A stretch of DNA of 64,000 nt, from contig CAYHPN010000005.1 of the NCBI GenBank assembly GCA_964358765.1, positions 13 to 64,012 on the forward strand. The letters run 5' to 3'. A program made the translations under genes and the position numbers. The notes beneath the pieces are model-generated. The model made no database searches. It was not told the origin of the DNA and saw nothing but the letters and a program-made list of their open reading frames with translations. This document shows, piece after piece, positions 1-10,521 of the stretch; the first letter of the stretch is position 1; every line of letters begins with the position of its first letter. Source of the stretch: Candidatus Woesearchaeota archaeon. GTDB lineage: Archaea; Nanobdellota; Nanobdellia; Pacearchaeales; GW2011-AR1.

Positions 1-345
1 TCTGTGTGTGAAACACATTTGAGTTCGCAAATGGCGAACTCAAATTATTATCATTAATACAATGACAAGCATAAGACTCTAAAACATCCCAAATATATTT
101 ATCACACATGTCACAAATTGCAGGGGTATCTTTCTCTCCATCAGAACTTGTAATTCATCAGTTTAAATTCTAAAATCTGGGAGCACTTAACTGCCCATTT
201 TTGCAAAGATTAACTTTGACAATTTTAGAAACTTAGCTTTTTAGATGAAAAAGTTTTATCGTCGATAAACCTCTTAGAAATATCGTGAGAACCTTAACCT
301 AAGGTTTAACATCTCGCGGGTAAGTTTATCCTTAAGATAAAAAGT

Positions 346-756
346 TTATTTGAATAAACTATCAAAATCTTTTCTTGAATGATCAAAATCATCTTTTTGA
401 CCGCGGGGCTTGCCTTGATAATAACTTTTGCCTGCTTTTTTGCGATTGCGTTTGTACTCTGCTTCTTGTCTTCCACTACCCATAACGACTCCAAAAGCTA
501 AAAGCCCTAGACCTATGCTGACTTGGACTGCTCCTCTTTCTAAGTAATTCATATCTTCTTGGGGTTCTAGAGGGGGGGAGTAAGATCTTAAGTCAGAAAT
601 TTGATCTATTCTGTTAACTAGATAATCTGACCAGGCCCATGAAGCTTTACCTAAATTATTACCTCCGTAAATACATAGAGATATTCCACAAAGAGTGCTT
701 AATACGCCAACTCTAAATTTGGTTATTCTGGGCATGTATTCTAGGGGGTTTTTCAT
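346..756 (-). CDS. hypothetical membrane protein
   Basis: ORF track (136 aa). Two hydrophobic segments (VGVLSTLCGISLCIYGG, VSIGLGLLAFGVVMG) and a Lys/Arg-rich tail. No family recognised. Confidence 0.5.
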   Translation of the reverse strand: MKNPLEYMPRITKFRVGVLSTLCGISLCIYGGNNLGKASWAWSDYLVNRIDQISDLRSYSPPLEPQEDMNYLERGAVQVSIGLGLLAFGVVMGSGRQEAEYKRNRKKAGKSYYQGKPRGQKDDFDHSRKDFDSLFK

Positions 757-849
757 GGTTGAAGCCAGAAAAAATGCGTTTATAAGCCTTTAGGAAAACG
801 GCAACTACTAGCCATAATTTTATAAGCTCGAGAATGGAATTTATTAGAA

Positions 850-1050
850 ATGAGATATGAAATTGAAGAAATTATAAAATTTGTGAAAATTTATAATGAA
901 ATAGAAATGGAGGCGAATAATTTCCTTTTTATTTCATCTTATCCTATGAAAGTATCTGCTTACCTTTGCGAAGTTAAGCAGGGAATAATAGCTATAAATT
1001 CTGAAGTAAATTCAGAATTTATAGAGGGTAAATTAAAACTAACTTCATAA
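850..1050 (+). CDS. hypothetical small protein (66 aa)
   Basis: ORF track only. It fills an otherwise empty gap upstream of nadB. No motif. Confidence 0.3.
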   Translation: MRYEIEEIIKFVKIYNEIEMEANNFLFISSYPMKVSAYLCEVKQGIIAINSEVNSEFIEGKLKLTS

Positions 1051-1066
1051 ACGTAAGTAATTACCT

Positions 1067-1246
1067 ATGAAAGATAAAACATCAAAGATCAAAATGGCAC
1101 AGAAAACTATTAAAGCAGCTATTGAATATAAAAATTTACCAATGGAAATAAGAAAAGAACTTGAGGCATATAATAATGCTCATGCAAGTAAGCTAGATGA
1201 AATTGAGAACTTGTGTAAAAAAACTTTAGATGGACAAGAGAAATAA
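1067..1246 (+). CDS. hypothetical small protein (59 aa, below the ORF-track cutoff)
   Basis: Own reading: ATG 1067, TAA 1244-1246, MKDKTSKIKMAQKTIKAAIEYKNLPMEIRKELEAYNNAHASKLDEIENLCKKTLDGQEK. It ends 3 nt before the nadB start. Confidence 0.3.
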   Translation: MKDKTSKIKMAQKTIKAAIEYKNLPMEIRKELEAYNNAHASKLDEIENLCKKTLDGQEK

Positions 1247-1249
1247 AAA

Positions 1250-2917
1250 ATGGAAGAAAAGATAATAAGTATAGAATGCGGAGTAATAGGAAGTGGACTG
1301 GCTGGTTTGACTGCTGCAATTGAACTAGCAGAAAAAGGAAAGAAAGTTTATTTATTTGCGAAAGGAGATATTGAGAAGGATTGCAACAGTTATTTATTGG
1401 CAGGAGGACTAACGGCTGTAAAAATTCCATCAAATAATGATTCATTTGAAAAACATGTTGAAGATACTCTCAAAGCTGGAAAGAATCTCAATAATAAGGA
1501 GATTGTGGAATACTGTGCTAGGCATTTTTTTAGTGATGTTATAGAATGGTTAATTGAAAGAGGAGTGCATTTTGATTTTTCTGTTGGGAAGGAATTTGAT
1601 TTACATAGAGAAGGGGGACATAGCGAGGATAGAGTATTTCATATTAGAGATACAACTGGAAAATCTATTATAAAAATATTGGCAGATATTGCAAGAGAAA
1701 ATGAAAATATTAAGATTTTTGAGCATCATGTTGCAATTGATTTAATAACAAAAAATAAATTTTTTGGAAAAAAAGTTAATGAAAAAGATAAATGTTACGG
1801 GTTTTATGTTTACGATATAAAAAATGATGTGGTAAAAACAATTGAGTGCAGTGGAGTTTTTATCGCGACTGGAGGAATTGGAAAAACTTTTCTTTATACT
1901 TCAAACACAGATATTTCCTCTGGAGATGGTTTTGCAATGGCCTACCGAGCGGGTTTAGATTTAGCAAATATGGAATTTGTTCAATTTCATCCTACCGTAT
2001 TTTATGATCCAAATGCAAAAACAGAGCAAGAGAGAAGATTTCTTTTAACAGAAGCTTTACGAGGAGAAGGGGCAATACTAAAAACAACAAAAACATCAAA
2101 AGAAGATTTTGTTCTTAAGTATAATAAAGAAGGATCAAAAGCAACAAGAGATGTTGTTTCTAGAGCCGAAGATGAAGAAATGAGAAAACATGGGTTAACT
2201 AATGTTTGGCTTGATTGTACGAGTATTCCCGCAGAGAAAATAAAAAGCAGTTTTAAGAATTCCTATGAATTTTGCTTGCAAAAAGGAATAGATATAACAA
2301 AAGAGCCGGTTGCGGTCGTTTATGCAGAGCATTATTCAAATGGAGGAGTATTAGTCGGAAAAAATTCAGAAACTTTGATAAAAGGATTATATGTTTTAGG
2401 AGAGACGTCTTACACTGGACTGCATGGGGCAACAAGACTAGCAAGTAATTCTGGTCCAGAATGCATCTTATTTGCAAGACTTGCTGTAAAACATTTTACA
2501 GAACAAATTAATAAAAAAAATAAAAATGTTAAAATTCCAGTTTGGAGAAGCGGGGAAGCAAAACAAATTAAAGATAAAGTTACTATAGCCTATTATTGGG
2601 AAACGATAAGAAGAACAATGACATCATTATGCGGGATAGTAAGAAATAAGGAGAGACTAGAAGCAGCAAAAGAAGTTTTAGAAGCACTTAAAAATGAAAT
2701 AAATAGATTTTATTGGAATTATCGTGTAAATAAAGATTTTCTTGAAGTTAGAAATATTATTGAAGTTGCCTTAGCTATTGTGAAAAGCAGTTTAGCTAGA
2801 AATGAAACGCGCGCGTGCCACTTTCGGGAAGATTATCCTAAGCAAGATGAAAAGAAGTATCTTAAATTGAGTGTTTTAAATAAGGATAAAGATGTTTATT
2901 TTTCTGAAGTTAATTAG
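1250..2917 (+). CDS. nadB: L-aspartate oxidase (FAD-dependent)
   Basis: N-terminal dinucleotide-binding motif GVIGSGLAGLTAA. Also HYSNGGV and RLASNSGPECILF, typical of NadB within the fumarate reductase/succinate dehydrogenase flavoprotein family. 555 aa. Confidence 0.88.
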   Translation: MEEKIISIECGVIGSGLAGLTAAIELAEKGKKVYLFAKGDIEKDCNSYLLAGGLTAVKIPSNNDSFEKHVEDTLKAGKNLNNKEIVEYCARHFFSDVIEWLIERGVHFDFSVGKEFDLHREGGHSEDRVFHIRDTTGKSIIKILADIARENENIKIFEHHVAIDLITKNKFFGKKVNEKDKCYGFYVYDIKNDVVKTIECSGVFIATGGIGKTFLYTSNTDISSGDGFAMAYRAGLDLANMEFVQFHPTVFYDPNAKTEQERRFLLTEALRGEGAILKTTKTSKEDFVLKYNKEGSKATRDVVSRAEDEEMRKHGLTNVWLDCTSIPAEKIKSSFKNSYEFCLQKGIDITKEPVAVVYAEHYSNGGVLVGKNSETLIKGLYVLGETSYTGLHGATRLASNSGPECILFARLAVKHFTEQINKKNKNVKIPVWRSGEAKQIKDKVTIAYYWETIRRTMTSLCGIVRNKERLEAAKEVLEALKNEINRFYWNYRVNKDFLEVRNIIEVALAIVKSSLARNETRACHFREDYPKQDEKKYLKLSVLNKDKDVYFSEVN

Positions 2918-3426
2918 TAGCGAAGAAGGCTCTTTACATCATGCTCTTTTAATCTATCGCGCCCTCTTAATTCATCAAGTTCTATGAGAACAGAACAGCC
3001 AATAATATTTCCTTCTAATCTTTTCACTAAATCTGCAGCTGCTCTCATTGATCCCCCAGCAGCTAATAAATCATCAATGATTAAAACGTTCTCTCTGGGT
3101 TTAATGGAATCTATGTGAATTTCTATACAATCTTTTCCATATTCTAAACCGTAATTTTCTTGAATTGTATTGTGGGGGAGTTTACCTGATTTACGTACTG
3201 GAACGAAAGGCAAATTCATTTCATAAGCTACCACAGCACCTAAAATTAATCCTCTTGATTCTAGCCCTGCTACTTTATCAATTGATTTGTGGTCATATAA
3301 TCCAGCAAGGGCTTTGATGGTAAATATGAATGCTTCCGCGTTATTGAGCAGAGGAGTGATGTCTTTGAATTGAATACCTGCTTTAGGAAAATCTGGGACA
3401 TTACGTATGTAATCTTTTAAATTCAT
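2914..3426 (-). CDS. apt: adenine phosphoribosyltransferase
   Basis: 170 aa. PRPP-binding loop VLIIDDLLAAGGSMRAA. N-terminal DFPKAGIQFKDITPLL is typical of Apt. Confidence 0.88.
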   Translation of the reverse strand: MNLKDYIRNVPDFPKAGIQFKDITPLLNNAEAFIFTIKALAGLYDHKSIDKVAGLESRGLILGAVVAYEMNLPFVPVRKSGKLPHNTIQENYGLEYGKDCIEIHIDSIKPRENVLIIDDLLAAGGSMRAAADLVKRLEGNIIGCSVLIELDELRGRDRLKEHDVKSLLRY

Positions 3427-3427
3427 T

Positions 3428-4225
3428 TTATTTAGATCTTTTTGATTTTATTCTCTTAAATATTTTAAGTTCTGCTTTTGTATGCTCATAATGTTCTCTT
3501 AAATAAACTTTTGCAAATTTAGTTAAGTCATTCATAAAACTTTGCCCAATTTTTCCTAATGATACGGGATTTACGCCTATTTGAGCAAGCTGATCAGAAT
3601 CTAAATCGTTTTCAGTCATTGACTCAGAAATCATTGCATTAATGGGAAAATTTTCTACGGATTTTAAGGATTCTATGATTTGATCGTATGCCTTAAGGGA
3701 ATCATTTACAAAATTTTCATAATTTTCAAATGAACCATGTGTCTTTTCAGTAACTGCTAATCTATGCGAAGTTGATCTTAAAACTGTGTCTGGCGATTTA
3801 CCAGTAGAGTTACAATAGTCTGCTAAGTTTATAGAATAATTGTCAAACATTTTTAATAATCCCATTAAATTATTTAGGTGAGGAATGGATTTAGCTTTTT
3901 CTTCAAGGGTACTTTTTTGGGCAGTTACAGTTTTTAGGTAATCTGTAAGAGACTTATTTTCTCCAACTTTACTTTCAATTACTTGTTTAATTAGGGGAGA
4001 GTTAAGAATATCTTTAATTGGCTCCCATAATGTGTATATACTATCGTTATATAGGTTCAATAAACCCGCGGCTATATATCTTGAAGAACCATATTCTAAA
4101 TCATTTCCCACAATTTTTAATGTATTTGCATATACTTTATCGTTTTCTCTACCACTATATTTTCTAAATGCTTTTCTTGCTTCCAGAACAGTTACATTTG
4201 TTTTTTTAGTTTGTTTTTTTGTCAT
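3428..4225 (-). CDS. hypothetical protein
   Basis: ORF track (265 aa). It abuts apt with a 1-nt spacer. No recognisable motif. Confidence 0.55.
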   Translation of the reverse strand: MTKKQTKKTNVTVLEARKAFRKYSGRENDKVYANTLKIVGNDLEYGSSRYIAAGLLNLYNDSIYTLWEPIKDILNSPLIKQVIESKVGENKSLTDYLKTVTAQKSTLEEKAKSIPHLNNLMGLLKMFDNYSINLADYCNSTGKSPDTVLRSTSHRLAVTEKTHGSFENYENFVNDSLKAYDQIIESLKSVENFPINAMISESMTENDLDSDQLAQIGVNPVSLGKIGQSFMNDLTKFAKVYLREHYEHTKAELKIFKRIKSKRSK

Positions 4226-4289
4226 TTTATATACAAAACGAATCTAAAATTTCAGTATTTAAACATTTCTACATAATACTGTATATTAT

Positions 4290-5105
4290 TTAGCTGAAAT
4301 ATTCTACGGCGTTCTTGAAGATTTTTAAACCATCTAACTCTGAAGGGATTTCTCTTCCAGATCTTTTGTATTGCTCTTTTAGTAAGGTCCAATAGGGATG
4401 CTGTGTAAAAGATATTGCTCTTTCCGGATGAGGCATCATGCCTAGTAGTCTGCCTGATTCATCTGAAATTGCAGCGATATCTTCTAAAGAACCATTTGGA
4501 TTTGCTTGAAGACTTTGAGATTTGCAGATTTCACCGTAGACGTATTTTGCTGAAATTAATCCTTTTTCTTTGATCTCTTTTAGAACTGCTGGAGGTGCGA
4601 AAAGTTTTCCTTCTCCGTGAGCAATTGGAAAACTTGCTCTGTTTATGTCTTTAGTCCAGAAATTATCATTGCTAAACTCTAAATCTACCCATCTATCTAT
4701 GTATCTTGCTGAATCATTATGCAATAAAGCTACTTGCCTGTTTCCATAATTTTTGTCTAGAGCAGGAAGCAATCCAAGATTAACCATAACCTGAAAACCG
4801 TTGCAGATCCCTAGTAGGAGTTTATCTTTTTCTACAAATTCTTTAATATCATTAAATAAATGATTTCTGATTCTATTTGCTAAAGCATTTCCTGCTCCCG
4901 TATCATCTCCATAGGAAAAACCTCCTGGAAAGGTAAAAATTTGATAATTTGATAATTTTTTGTGATTATCTATTAGATCATTGATGTGTACAAGTTCTGA
5001 GTTAGCACCTGCTCTATCGAAGGCATATTTAGTTTCATTGTAGCAATTGATCCCATATCCGGTTAAAATTATAACATTAGGTTTTGCCATATTAATATTT
5101 TTCAA
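4290..5105 (-). CDS. purQ: phosphoribosylformylglycinamidine synthase, glutaminase subunit
   Basis: Class I amidotransferase nucleophile elbow LLLGICNGFQ and C-terminal MMPHPER. It overlaps purL by 14 nt. Confidence 0.9.
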   Translation of the reverse strand: MKNINMAKPNVIILTGYGINCYNETKYAFDRAGANSELVHINDLIDNHKKLSNYQIFTFPGGFSYGDDTGAGNALANRIRNHLFNDIKEFVEKDKLLLGICNGFQVMVNLGLLPALDKNYGNRQVALLHNDSARYIDRWVDLEFSNDNFWTKDINRASFPIAHGEGKLFAPPAVLKEIKEKGLISAKYVYGEICKSQSLQANPNGSLEDIAAISDESGRLLGMMPHPERAISFTQHPYWTLLKEQYKRSGREIPSELDGLKIFKNAVEYFS

Positions 5106-8067
5106 ACGTAGATTTATATGAATTTAGCAACTCCTCAACTGTAGTTTCAATTATTGCGTTTCCATTTCTTCCATAGATGGTAAAATTGTTATCATTTCTA
5201 ATTGTTCCTAATTTCGCAAATTTTTCTCCTTTAAAGATTTTTTCGAATTTAGGAGCATAGTTTGAATTGATTGTAACAACTAATCTTCCTTGACTTTCAG
5301 AATATAGAGAAAAGTCATCTCGGAAAACGGAATCGTTTAAATTTTGAAGAGAGATTTCCATTCCGAGTCTTCCCCCCATTGCTGTTTTGGCTAGGGCAAC
5401 TCCAAGACCTCCTCTATGAATGCTTTGAGAAGAAGCGATAAGACCAAGATTTAATGCTTGCGAAAACTTTTGATATAATCTTTTATTTTCAGTTAATGAA
5501 ACGGAGGGTACATTATTTCCAATAAATCTTTTTGAAGTAGTCTGCTCTCCTACCATCGCAAAGTATTCGCTGCCGCCAAGTTCACTTTTATTTTCTCCAA
5601 GAATATAAACATAGTCTCCAGATACTTTAGCATCTAGAGAAACTGTCTTTTTTATATCGTCCATGACTGCAATGGAAGAAATAAGTAAAGTTGGAGGAGC
5701 TGAAATTTTAATTGGCTCTCCATTTTCATTATAACCATTAAAATCATTGAACATACTGTCTTTTCCTGAAATGAATGGTGTTTGATAAGCAACTGCTACA
5801 TCATAACATGCTTGGACTGCTCTTTTTAATTGTCCTAGTCTTTCTGGATCATTGGAACTACACCAACAGAAATTGTCTAACAGTGCAATTTTTTTTGGAT
5901 CTGCACCTACTGCGATAACATTTCTAACTGCAGTATCTATTGCGCAAGCAGCCATATTATAAGTATCAATATCGCTATAGCTTGGATACAGTGCTTGAGA
6001 GATTATAATTCCTTTATCTGAATTTAGAACTGGCTTATTAATAGTAGCATCTCCATTGACTTTTTCTTTTCCTTGTAATGGTTTTAAGACAGAAGAACCT
6101 TGGACTTCATGATCATATTGCTCTGAAATAAACTGGAAACTTGCAATGTTTTTTCTTTTAAGCATTGAGTGAAGAGAAAAAGTTAAATTTTCAAGAGGAG
6201 AGAAATCAGGTTCTTCATGCTTAATTCTAGTAAATGTTGTTTTAAGCTGTTTTTTTGGTAAACCATCATGAAGGAAATCCATACTAATATCCATTATGTT
6301 TTTCCCCTCATATTCTACAATGCATTTTCCAGAACTGGTAAATTCTCCAATTACTGTTGCTTCGACTCCTCTTCTTTGCATCAATTTTGAAAATTTTTCC
6401 CATTTGTCTTTTGGAACTGAAAGAGTCATTCTTTCCTGAGATTCAGAAATCCAAGTTTCCCAAGGCTGAAGCCCGGGATATTTGAGTGGAACTTTATTTA
6501 AATCAACATAACAACCAAACGATTCTTTAGCCATTTCCGCGACAGAACATGAAAGACCTCCTGCGCCGTTATCTGTGATGCTATTATATAAATCTAAGTC
6601 TCTTGCTTCTTCCACAATACAATCGCTTAATTTTTTCTGTGTAATTGGATCTCCAATTTGGACTGCTGTAGCAGGACTAGAGGAATCTATTGCAACAGAA
6701 GAAAATGTAGCTCCATGAATTCCATCTTTTCCAACTCTGCCTCCAACCATGACGACATAATCTCCAGGCATTGCTTGCTTTTCATGAGATAATCTATTTG
6801 CACTAACTTTAGGGATTAGGCCAATGGTTCCAACAAACACAAGGGGTTTTCCTTTATATCTTTCATCAAAGTAAATAAATCCTTGAGGGCTTGGAATTCC
6901 TGATTGATTTCCGCCGGAATTCACACCAGCAATAACACCATCCATTATTCTTCTTGGAGATAACATTTTCTGTGTTTTATTTGCTCCTTTATATAATGGA
7001 CTAAGATCTTCTGGAGGGGCAAAACAAAATCCATATCTATTAATTATGGGCTTGGCACCTAAACCAAATCCTAAAGCATCTCTATTAACTCCGACTATTC
7101 CAGTTATTGCCCCTCCAAAAGGATCTAACGCACTTGGAGAATTATGAGTCTCAACTTTATCAGTGATTAAATGATTTTCGTCAAATTCTATTGCTCCTGC
7201 ATTATCTGTAAATACGGAAACACAGAAATCTTTTTTTCCTTTTACAGTTCTTATAACATTAGTGGCTCCTTTAATGAATTGATTGTATAAACCTTGAGTA
7301 AATTCATCTATAGGATCTGCAAATATTGTGTGTTTGCAATGCTCGCTCCATGTTTGAGCAATAGATTCTAATTCAACATCTGTAGGATTTCTTCCTTCGT
7401 TTTCAAAATATTTTTTAATCGTTTTCATATAAGTAAGATCTAGGGCGAGAGGTCCTCTTCTAGTCATGTCTGTATTTGCAATTCCTTGTTTTCCTATATT
7501 AATTAATTCATTTTCATCAGAATTAAGGATATCAACAAGAGTTACTTGAGGTTTTTGGGAAATTTTAACAGTTGGAATAATAATCTCCATTCTACTACTC
7601 GAAGAAAATTCTTTATATTCTTTAACTTGGATTCTCTGGATAAGAGGATTTGCTAAAGACAATCCTATTTTTTGAGTATCTTCTTTAGTTAAATCTCCAG
7701 AGAGAAGAATCAATTGTGAACTAAAAGCTGTTTGACCAACAAAATCTCTTTTTAATAAATCGACTAATCCTTCACGGACAGTATTTCCTATATTATCTGT
7801 AACGCCTGGAAGAAATCCTATTTCAATAGCATAATCAAATTGTCGATTTAGAGAAGTTATATTATCACTTTTTTGAAATACTGGATTAATTAACATTTCT
7901 TTAACTTTTTTTAAATCATCATCAGATAAATTATTATCTATTGTGTAAACATCGATTAATTCTAATTTGTTGATTTTTTCTGAAAAACCCATTGAGTGGA
8001 TCTCTTTTTTTCTTATCTCTGCTCTTGTATCTGGTACGGTTTGTGCAACTTCTATTCTATGTGGCAT
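5092..8067 (-). CDS. purL: phosphoribosylformylglycinamidine synthase subunit PurL with an N-terminal PurS-like extension
   Basis: PurL/AIR-synthase-like motifs (QTWSEHCKHTIF, DNGAGGLS, GGRVGKDGIHGATFSS). The SEHCKH motif lies about 190 aa further from the N-terminus than I recall for stand-alone PurL. Confidence 0.88.
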   Translation of the reverse strand: MPHRIEVAQTVPDTRAEIRKKEIHSMGFSEKINKLELIDVYTIDNNLSDDDLKKVKEMLINPVFQKSDNITSLNRQFDYAIEIGFLPGVTDNIGNTVREGLVDLLKRDFVGQTAFSSQLILLSGDLTKEDTQKIGLSLANPLIQRIQVKEYKEFSSSSRMEIIIPTVKISQKPQVTLVDILNSDENELINIGKQGIANTDMTRRGPLALDLTYMKTIKKYFENEGRNPTDVELESIAQTWSEHCKHTIFADPIDEFTQGLYNQFIKGATNVIRTVKGKKDFCVSVFTDNAGAIEFDENHLITDKVETHNSPSALDPFGGAITGIVGVNRDALGFGLGAKPIINRYGFCFAPPEDLSPLYKGANKTQKMLSPRRIMDGVIAGVNSGGNQSGIPSPQGFIYFDERYKGKPLVFVGTIGLIPKVSANRLSHEKQAMPGDYVVMVGGRVGKDGIHGATFSSVAIDSSSPATAVQIGDPITQKKLSDCIVEEARDLDLYNSITDNGAGGLSCSVAEMAKESFGCYVDLNKVPLKYPGLQPWETWISESQERMTLSVPKDKWEKFSKLMQRRGVEATVIGEFTSSGKCIVEYEGKNIMDISMDFLHDGLPKKQLKTTFTRIKHEEPDFSPLENLTFSLHSMLKRKNIASFQFISEQYDHEVQGSSVLKPLQGKEKVNGDATINKPVLNSDKGIIISQALYPSYSDIDTYNMAACAIDTAVRNVIAVGADPKKIALLDNFCWCSSNDPERLGQLKRAVQACYDVAVAYQTPFISGKDSMFNDFNGYNENGEPIKISAPPTLLISSIAVMDDIKKTVSLDAKVSGDYVYILGENKSELGGSEYFAMVGEQTTSKRFIGNNVPSVSLTENKRLYQKFSQALNLGLIASSQSIHRGGLGVALAKTAMGGRLGMEISLQNLNDSVFRDDFSLYSESQGRLVVTINSNYAPKFEKIFKGEKFAKLGTIRNDNNFTIYGRNGNAIIETTVEELLNSYKSTFEKY

Positions 8068-8148
8068 AACTAAAAATAAAAAAAGATATTTATATAATGT
8101 TTGGAATTTTTTTTACTTAAAGAAAGTGGTTAATATAAATTGTTTTCA

Positions 8149-8565
8149 TTATATTCTTAAAGAGTTTGTCAAGTGGAAAAGGTTATTTTCTTTACTTAAT
8201 TCATAATCATAAAAATCCGTATTAAAAGGCTGATGGAAATTCTCAAAATAAACTTCGTTATTTAGATTATGCTTTATGATTTTTGATGCTATTGAAGTAA
8301 CACAATAGAAACATAATAAATGCATTTCTTTTTTACATTTTATACATTTCATTACTGAAGAACTATATTGTTTTTTTGAAGGATATAATACAATATCCAA
8401 GGAATTTATTTCTTTTAATAAATTATTAAGTTTATTTTTTATTTTTATTAATTTATTTTTATTTATTGGTTGATCATGAAGCCAGATTCTTACTTCATTA
8501 ATAATACATGAACCACATAAAGGTTCCGTAACAGAATGGCTGCATTTTGAACATAGATTTGACAT
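8149..8565 (-). CDS. Cys-rich zinc-ribbon-like hypothetical protein
   Basis: CSKCSH...CGSC at the N-terminus and CIKCKK...CFYC in the middle, giving two CxxC pairs twice. 138 aa. Confidence 0.5.
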   Translation of the reverse strand: MSNLCSKCSHSVTEPLCGSCIINEVRIWLHDQPINKNKLIKIKNKLNNLLKEINSLDIVLYPSKKQYSSSVMKCIKCKKEMHLLCFYCVTSIASKIIKHNLNNEVYFENFHQPFNTDFYDYELSKENNLFHLTNSLRI

Positions 8566-8654
8566 TTATTTCACCTCTCTTTTTTATACAAATTTAGATT
8601 TATAATATAAAGCGGTATTTGATAATACTATGTCGTATGAGTCTAGACTTCAAT

Positions 8655-9719
8655 TCAGTTAAACCTTTCTTTAAACGCTTCAAAATAGGTTATGAGCAGG
8701 GGCAGCAATATAGGCCCTACGAATATTCCGACTATACCGAAGAGACTTGCACCACCTATAACTCCGATAATTACTATTATTTGATTTATTTTAGATTTTA
8801 CATTTACTATTTTAGCAAGAAGGAAATTGTCTATTGTGCTGATTATTAAAAGACCATAAAGGAATAAGCCTATTCCCTTGCCTAACATCCAACTGTTGCC
8901 AGAAAAGTATCCTAACAATATTAGATATGCGGAAGCGGGAATCCATATTAGTGCTGTTCCAATTGTAGGTATTAAAGCGCAAAATGCTAATACTACTCCT
9001 AAAAATATTGGAAATGGTACCCCGAAAATGTAAAAACCAATCGCTCCAATAATTCCTTGTATTAATGCAACAAGTAATTGTGCAAAAATTACGGTATGAG
9101 CTATACTTCCGAAATCTTTTTTAAGCTTATTTTTTGTTTTTATTCTTATAGGTATAAGTTCAAATATTTTTTTAATAATAATTCTCCAATCTTTTAATAT
9201 GAAATACGAAATAACTAGCGTAAGAAATACTTTCGCTATTATTAGTGGTATTATTAGGATAAATTTCGTTATCTTTTCTTCTATGATTGGGAGAAGCTTT
9301 TGGAGTTGTTTGTCAAAACCAAATGTTGATAATCTTTCTAAACTAAATTTTTCTGCATGATTGAGCAAAGTGCAGATTTGCGAATCAGCGCTAGTGCAGC
9401 TATAGCCAAATAATGCTCCTTTATGGATATTGCTGGATAAGGAGTTATAAAAGTAGTATCCCTGCTGTGTTATTTCTATAGTTAAAAAAATAAATGGAAT
9501 CAAAACTATAATAAAAATGATTAACAGAGATAAAATTATAGAAAGAGATTTTTTTGATGTTTTTTTATCAATTTTTTTATAAAGAGGATAAGAAATATAT
9601 GCTAAAAGAGCGCTTCCTAAGAGAATATTTATCAAAGGCCGAATTATTTTAAAAAATAAAATTAGTGCCAAAATAAATAAAATAAAAGGGACAATCTTTT
9701 GATAGTGATTTGTTTTCAT
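8655..9719 (-). CDS. AI-2E family (PerM/UPF0118) transporter
   Basis: 354 aa polytopic membrane protein with the family-typical organisation and C-terminal motifs (IPTIGTALIWIPA, GVIGGASLFGIVGIFVGPI). Confidence 0.75.
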   Translation of the reverse strand: MKTNHYQKIVPFILFILALILFFKIIRPLINILLGSALLAYISYPLYKKIDKKTSKKSLSIILSLLIIFIIVLIPFIFLTIEITQQGYYFYNSLSSNIHKGALFGYSCTSADSQICTLLNHAEKFSLERLSTFGFDKQLQKLLPIIEEKITKFILIIPLIIAKVFLTLVISYFILKDWRIIIKKIFELIPIRIKTKNKLKKDFGSIAHTVIFAQLLVALIQGIIGAIGFYIFGVPFPIFLGVVLAFCALIPTIGTALIWIPASAYLILLGYFSGNSWMLGKGIGLFLYGLLIISTIDNFLLAKIVNVKSKINQIIVIIGVIGGASLFGIVGIFVGPILLPLLITYFEAFKERFN

Positions 9720-9763
9720 TGTATTGTTAATTAATTTTTAAAAAAAATTAAATAAATTTATTT

Positions 9764-9883
9764 TTAAGTCTTCATTATATTTTTTCCAGCAGGCCTGTTT
9801 TTAACATGACCTTTACCGCCAGCTGATGTTTTTGCTCTAGTTTTTGCTGCTTTCATTCGACCGCCTCTACTTTTCTTTGCCAT
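9764..9883 (-). CDS. small basic protein (39 aa)
   Basis: Own reading: MAKKSRGGRMKAAKTRAKTSAGGKGHVKNRPAGKNIMKT, preceded by a GGAGG Shine-Dalgarno-like sequence (9891-9895 on the minus strand). Too short for the ORF track. Confidence 0.4.
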   Translation of the reverse strand: MAKKSRGGRMKAAKTRAKTSAGGKGHVKNRPAGKNIMKT

Positions 9884-9918
9884 TTTTATTTCCTCCTTTT
9901 TGTTTAGTTAATTTTATT

Positions 9919-10278
9919 TTAATTGCCTCCATCTTTTTTACTCCTTTCTCTTCTTTCTCTGGCAATTTTATGCTTATTTCCTTCATCAACACTGATGTTT
10001 TCTTTAGATTCAATAACTTTATTGTAATGGTTTTTTGAATTATTTGCTTTGGTAGTATTTGATATCAATATGCCAAGCATAAGTAAAATTAAACCTATAA
10101 TGAGCGAGGCAATAGCCCACTCAATAGGAACGGATATGCTAGCCGATGAAGTACGCGTATCTGTTTCGTCTTTTCCAACAGTTGTAGTATCTGCTGAAAT
10201 TTCCTGCATTGGTACAAAATATAAGAGGCCTCCGATAACTAGAAAGATTACGCCGAAAATTATTAAACTTGTTTTCAT
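9919..10278 (-). CDS. hypothetical membrane protein
   Basis: ORF track (119 aa). N-terminal TM IIFGVIFLVIGGLLYFV and a second TM IASLIIGLILLMLGILI. Confidence 0.55.
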   Translation of the reverse strand: MKTSLIIFGVIFLVIGGLLYFVPMQEISADTTTVGKDETDTRTSSASISVPIEWAIASLIIGLILLMLGILISNTTKANNSKNHYNKVIESKENISVDEGNKHKIARERRERSKKDGGN

Positions 10279-10505
10279 CTTATTCTCCTCTTGAAGTAAT
10301 CAATATTATTGATTAACCAGATTATTCCAATTATTATAAGGATTATAATTAGAATATTAAGTATCCAACCTAAAAGCATAAATCCATTTCCAAAATTGCC
10401 CATCATTCCATAGCCTCTAGAACCAAAGCCGAAACTCCCAAATAGCGCAAGAACTAATACGATTATTATTGCAATTATTATATTTTTATTTTCATTGTTT
10501 GTCAT
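10275..10505 (-). CDS. hypothetical small membrane protein
   Basis: ORF track (76 aa). Two TM helices separated by a Gly-rich loop. 4-nt overlap with the downstream gene. Confidence 0.5.
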   Translation of the reverse strand: MTNNENKNIIIAIIIVLVLALFGSFGFGSRGYGMMGNFGNGFMLLGWILNILIIILIIIGIIWLINNIDYFKRRIR

Positions 10506-10521
10506 TTTACCTTTAAATTCA

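Noticed and set aside
1-109. Possible 3'-truncated minus-strand Cys-rich ORF (MCDKYIWDVLESYACHCINDNNLSSPFANSNVFHTQ...) and a perfect 11-bp hairpin TTTGAGTTCGC/GCGAACTCAAA at 19-45
   Set aside because: It is only about 36 codons, runs off the window, has an uncertain start and shows no motif. The hairpin could equally be a terminator. The window alone cannot decide.
1119-1445. 108-aa minus-strand ORF
   Set aside because: It overlaps the nadB 5' end, including its FAD-binding motif, and is antisense to it.
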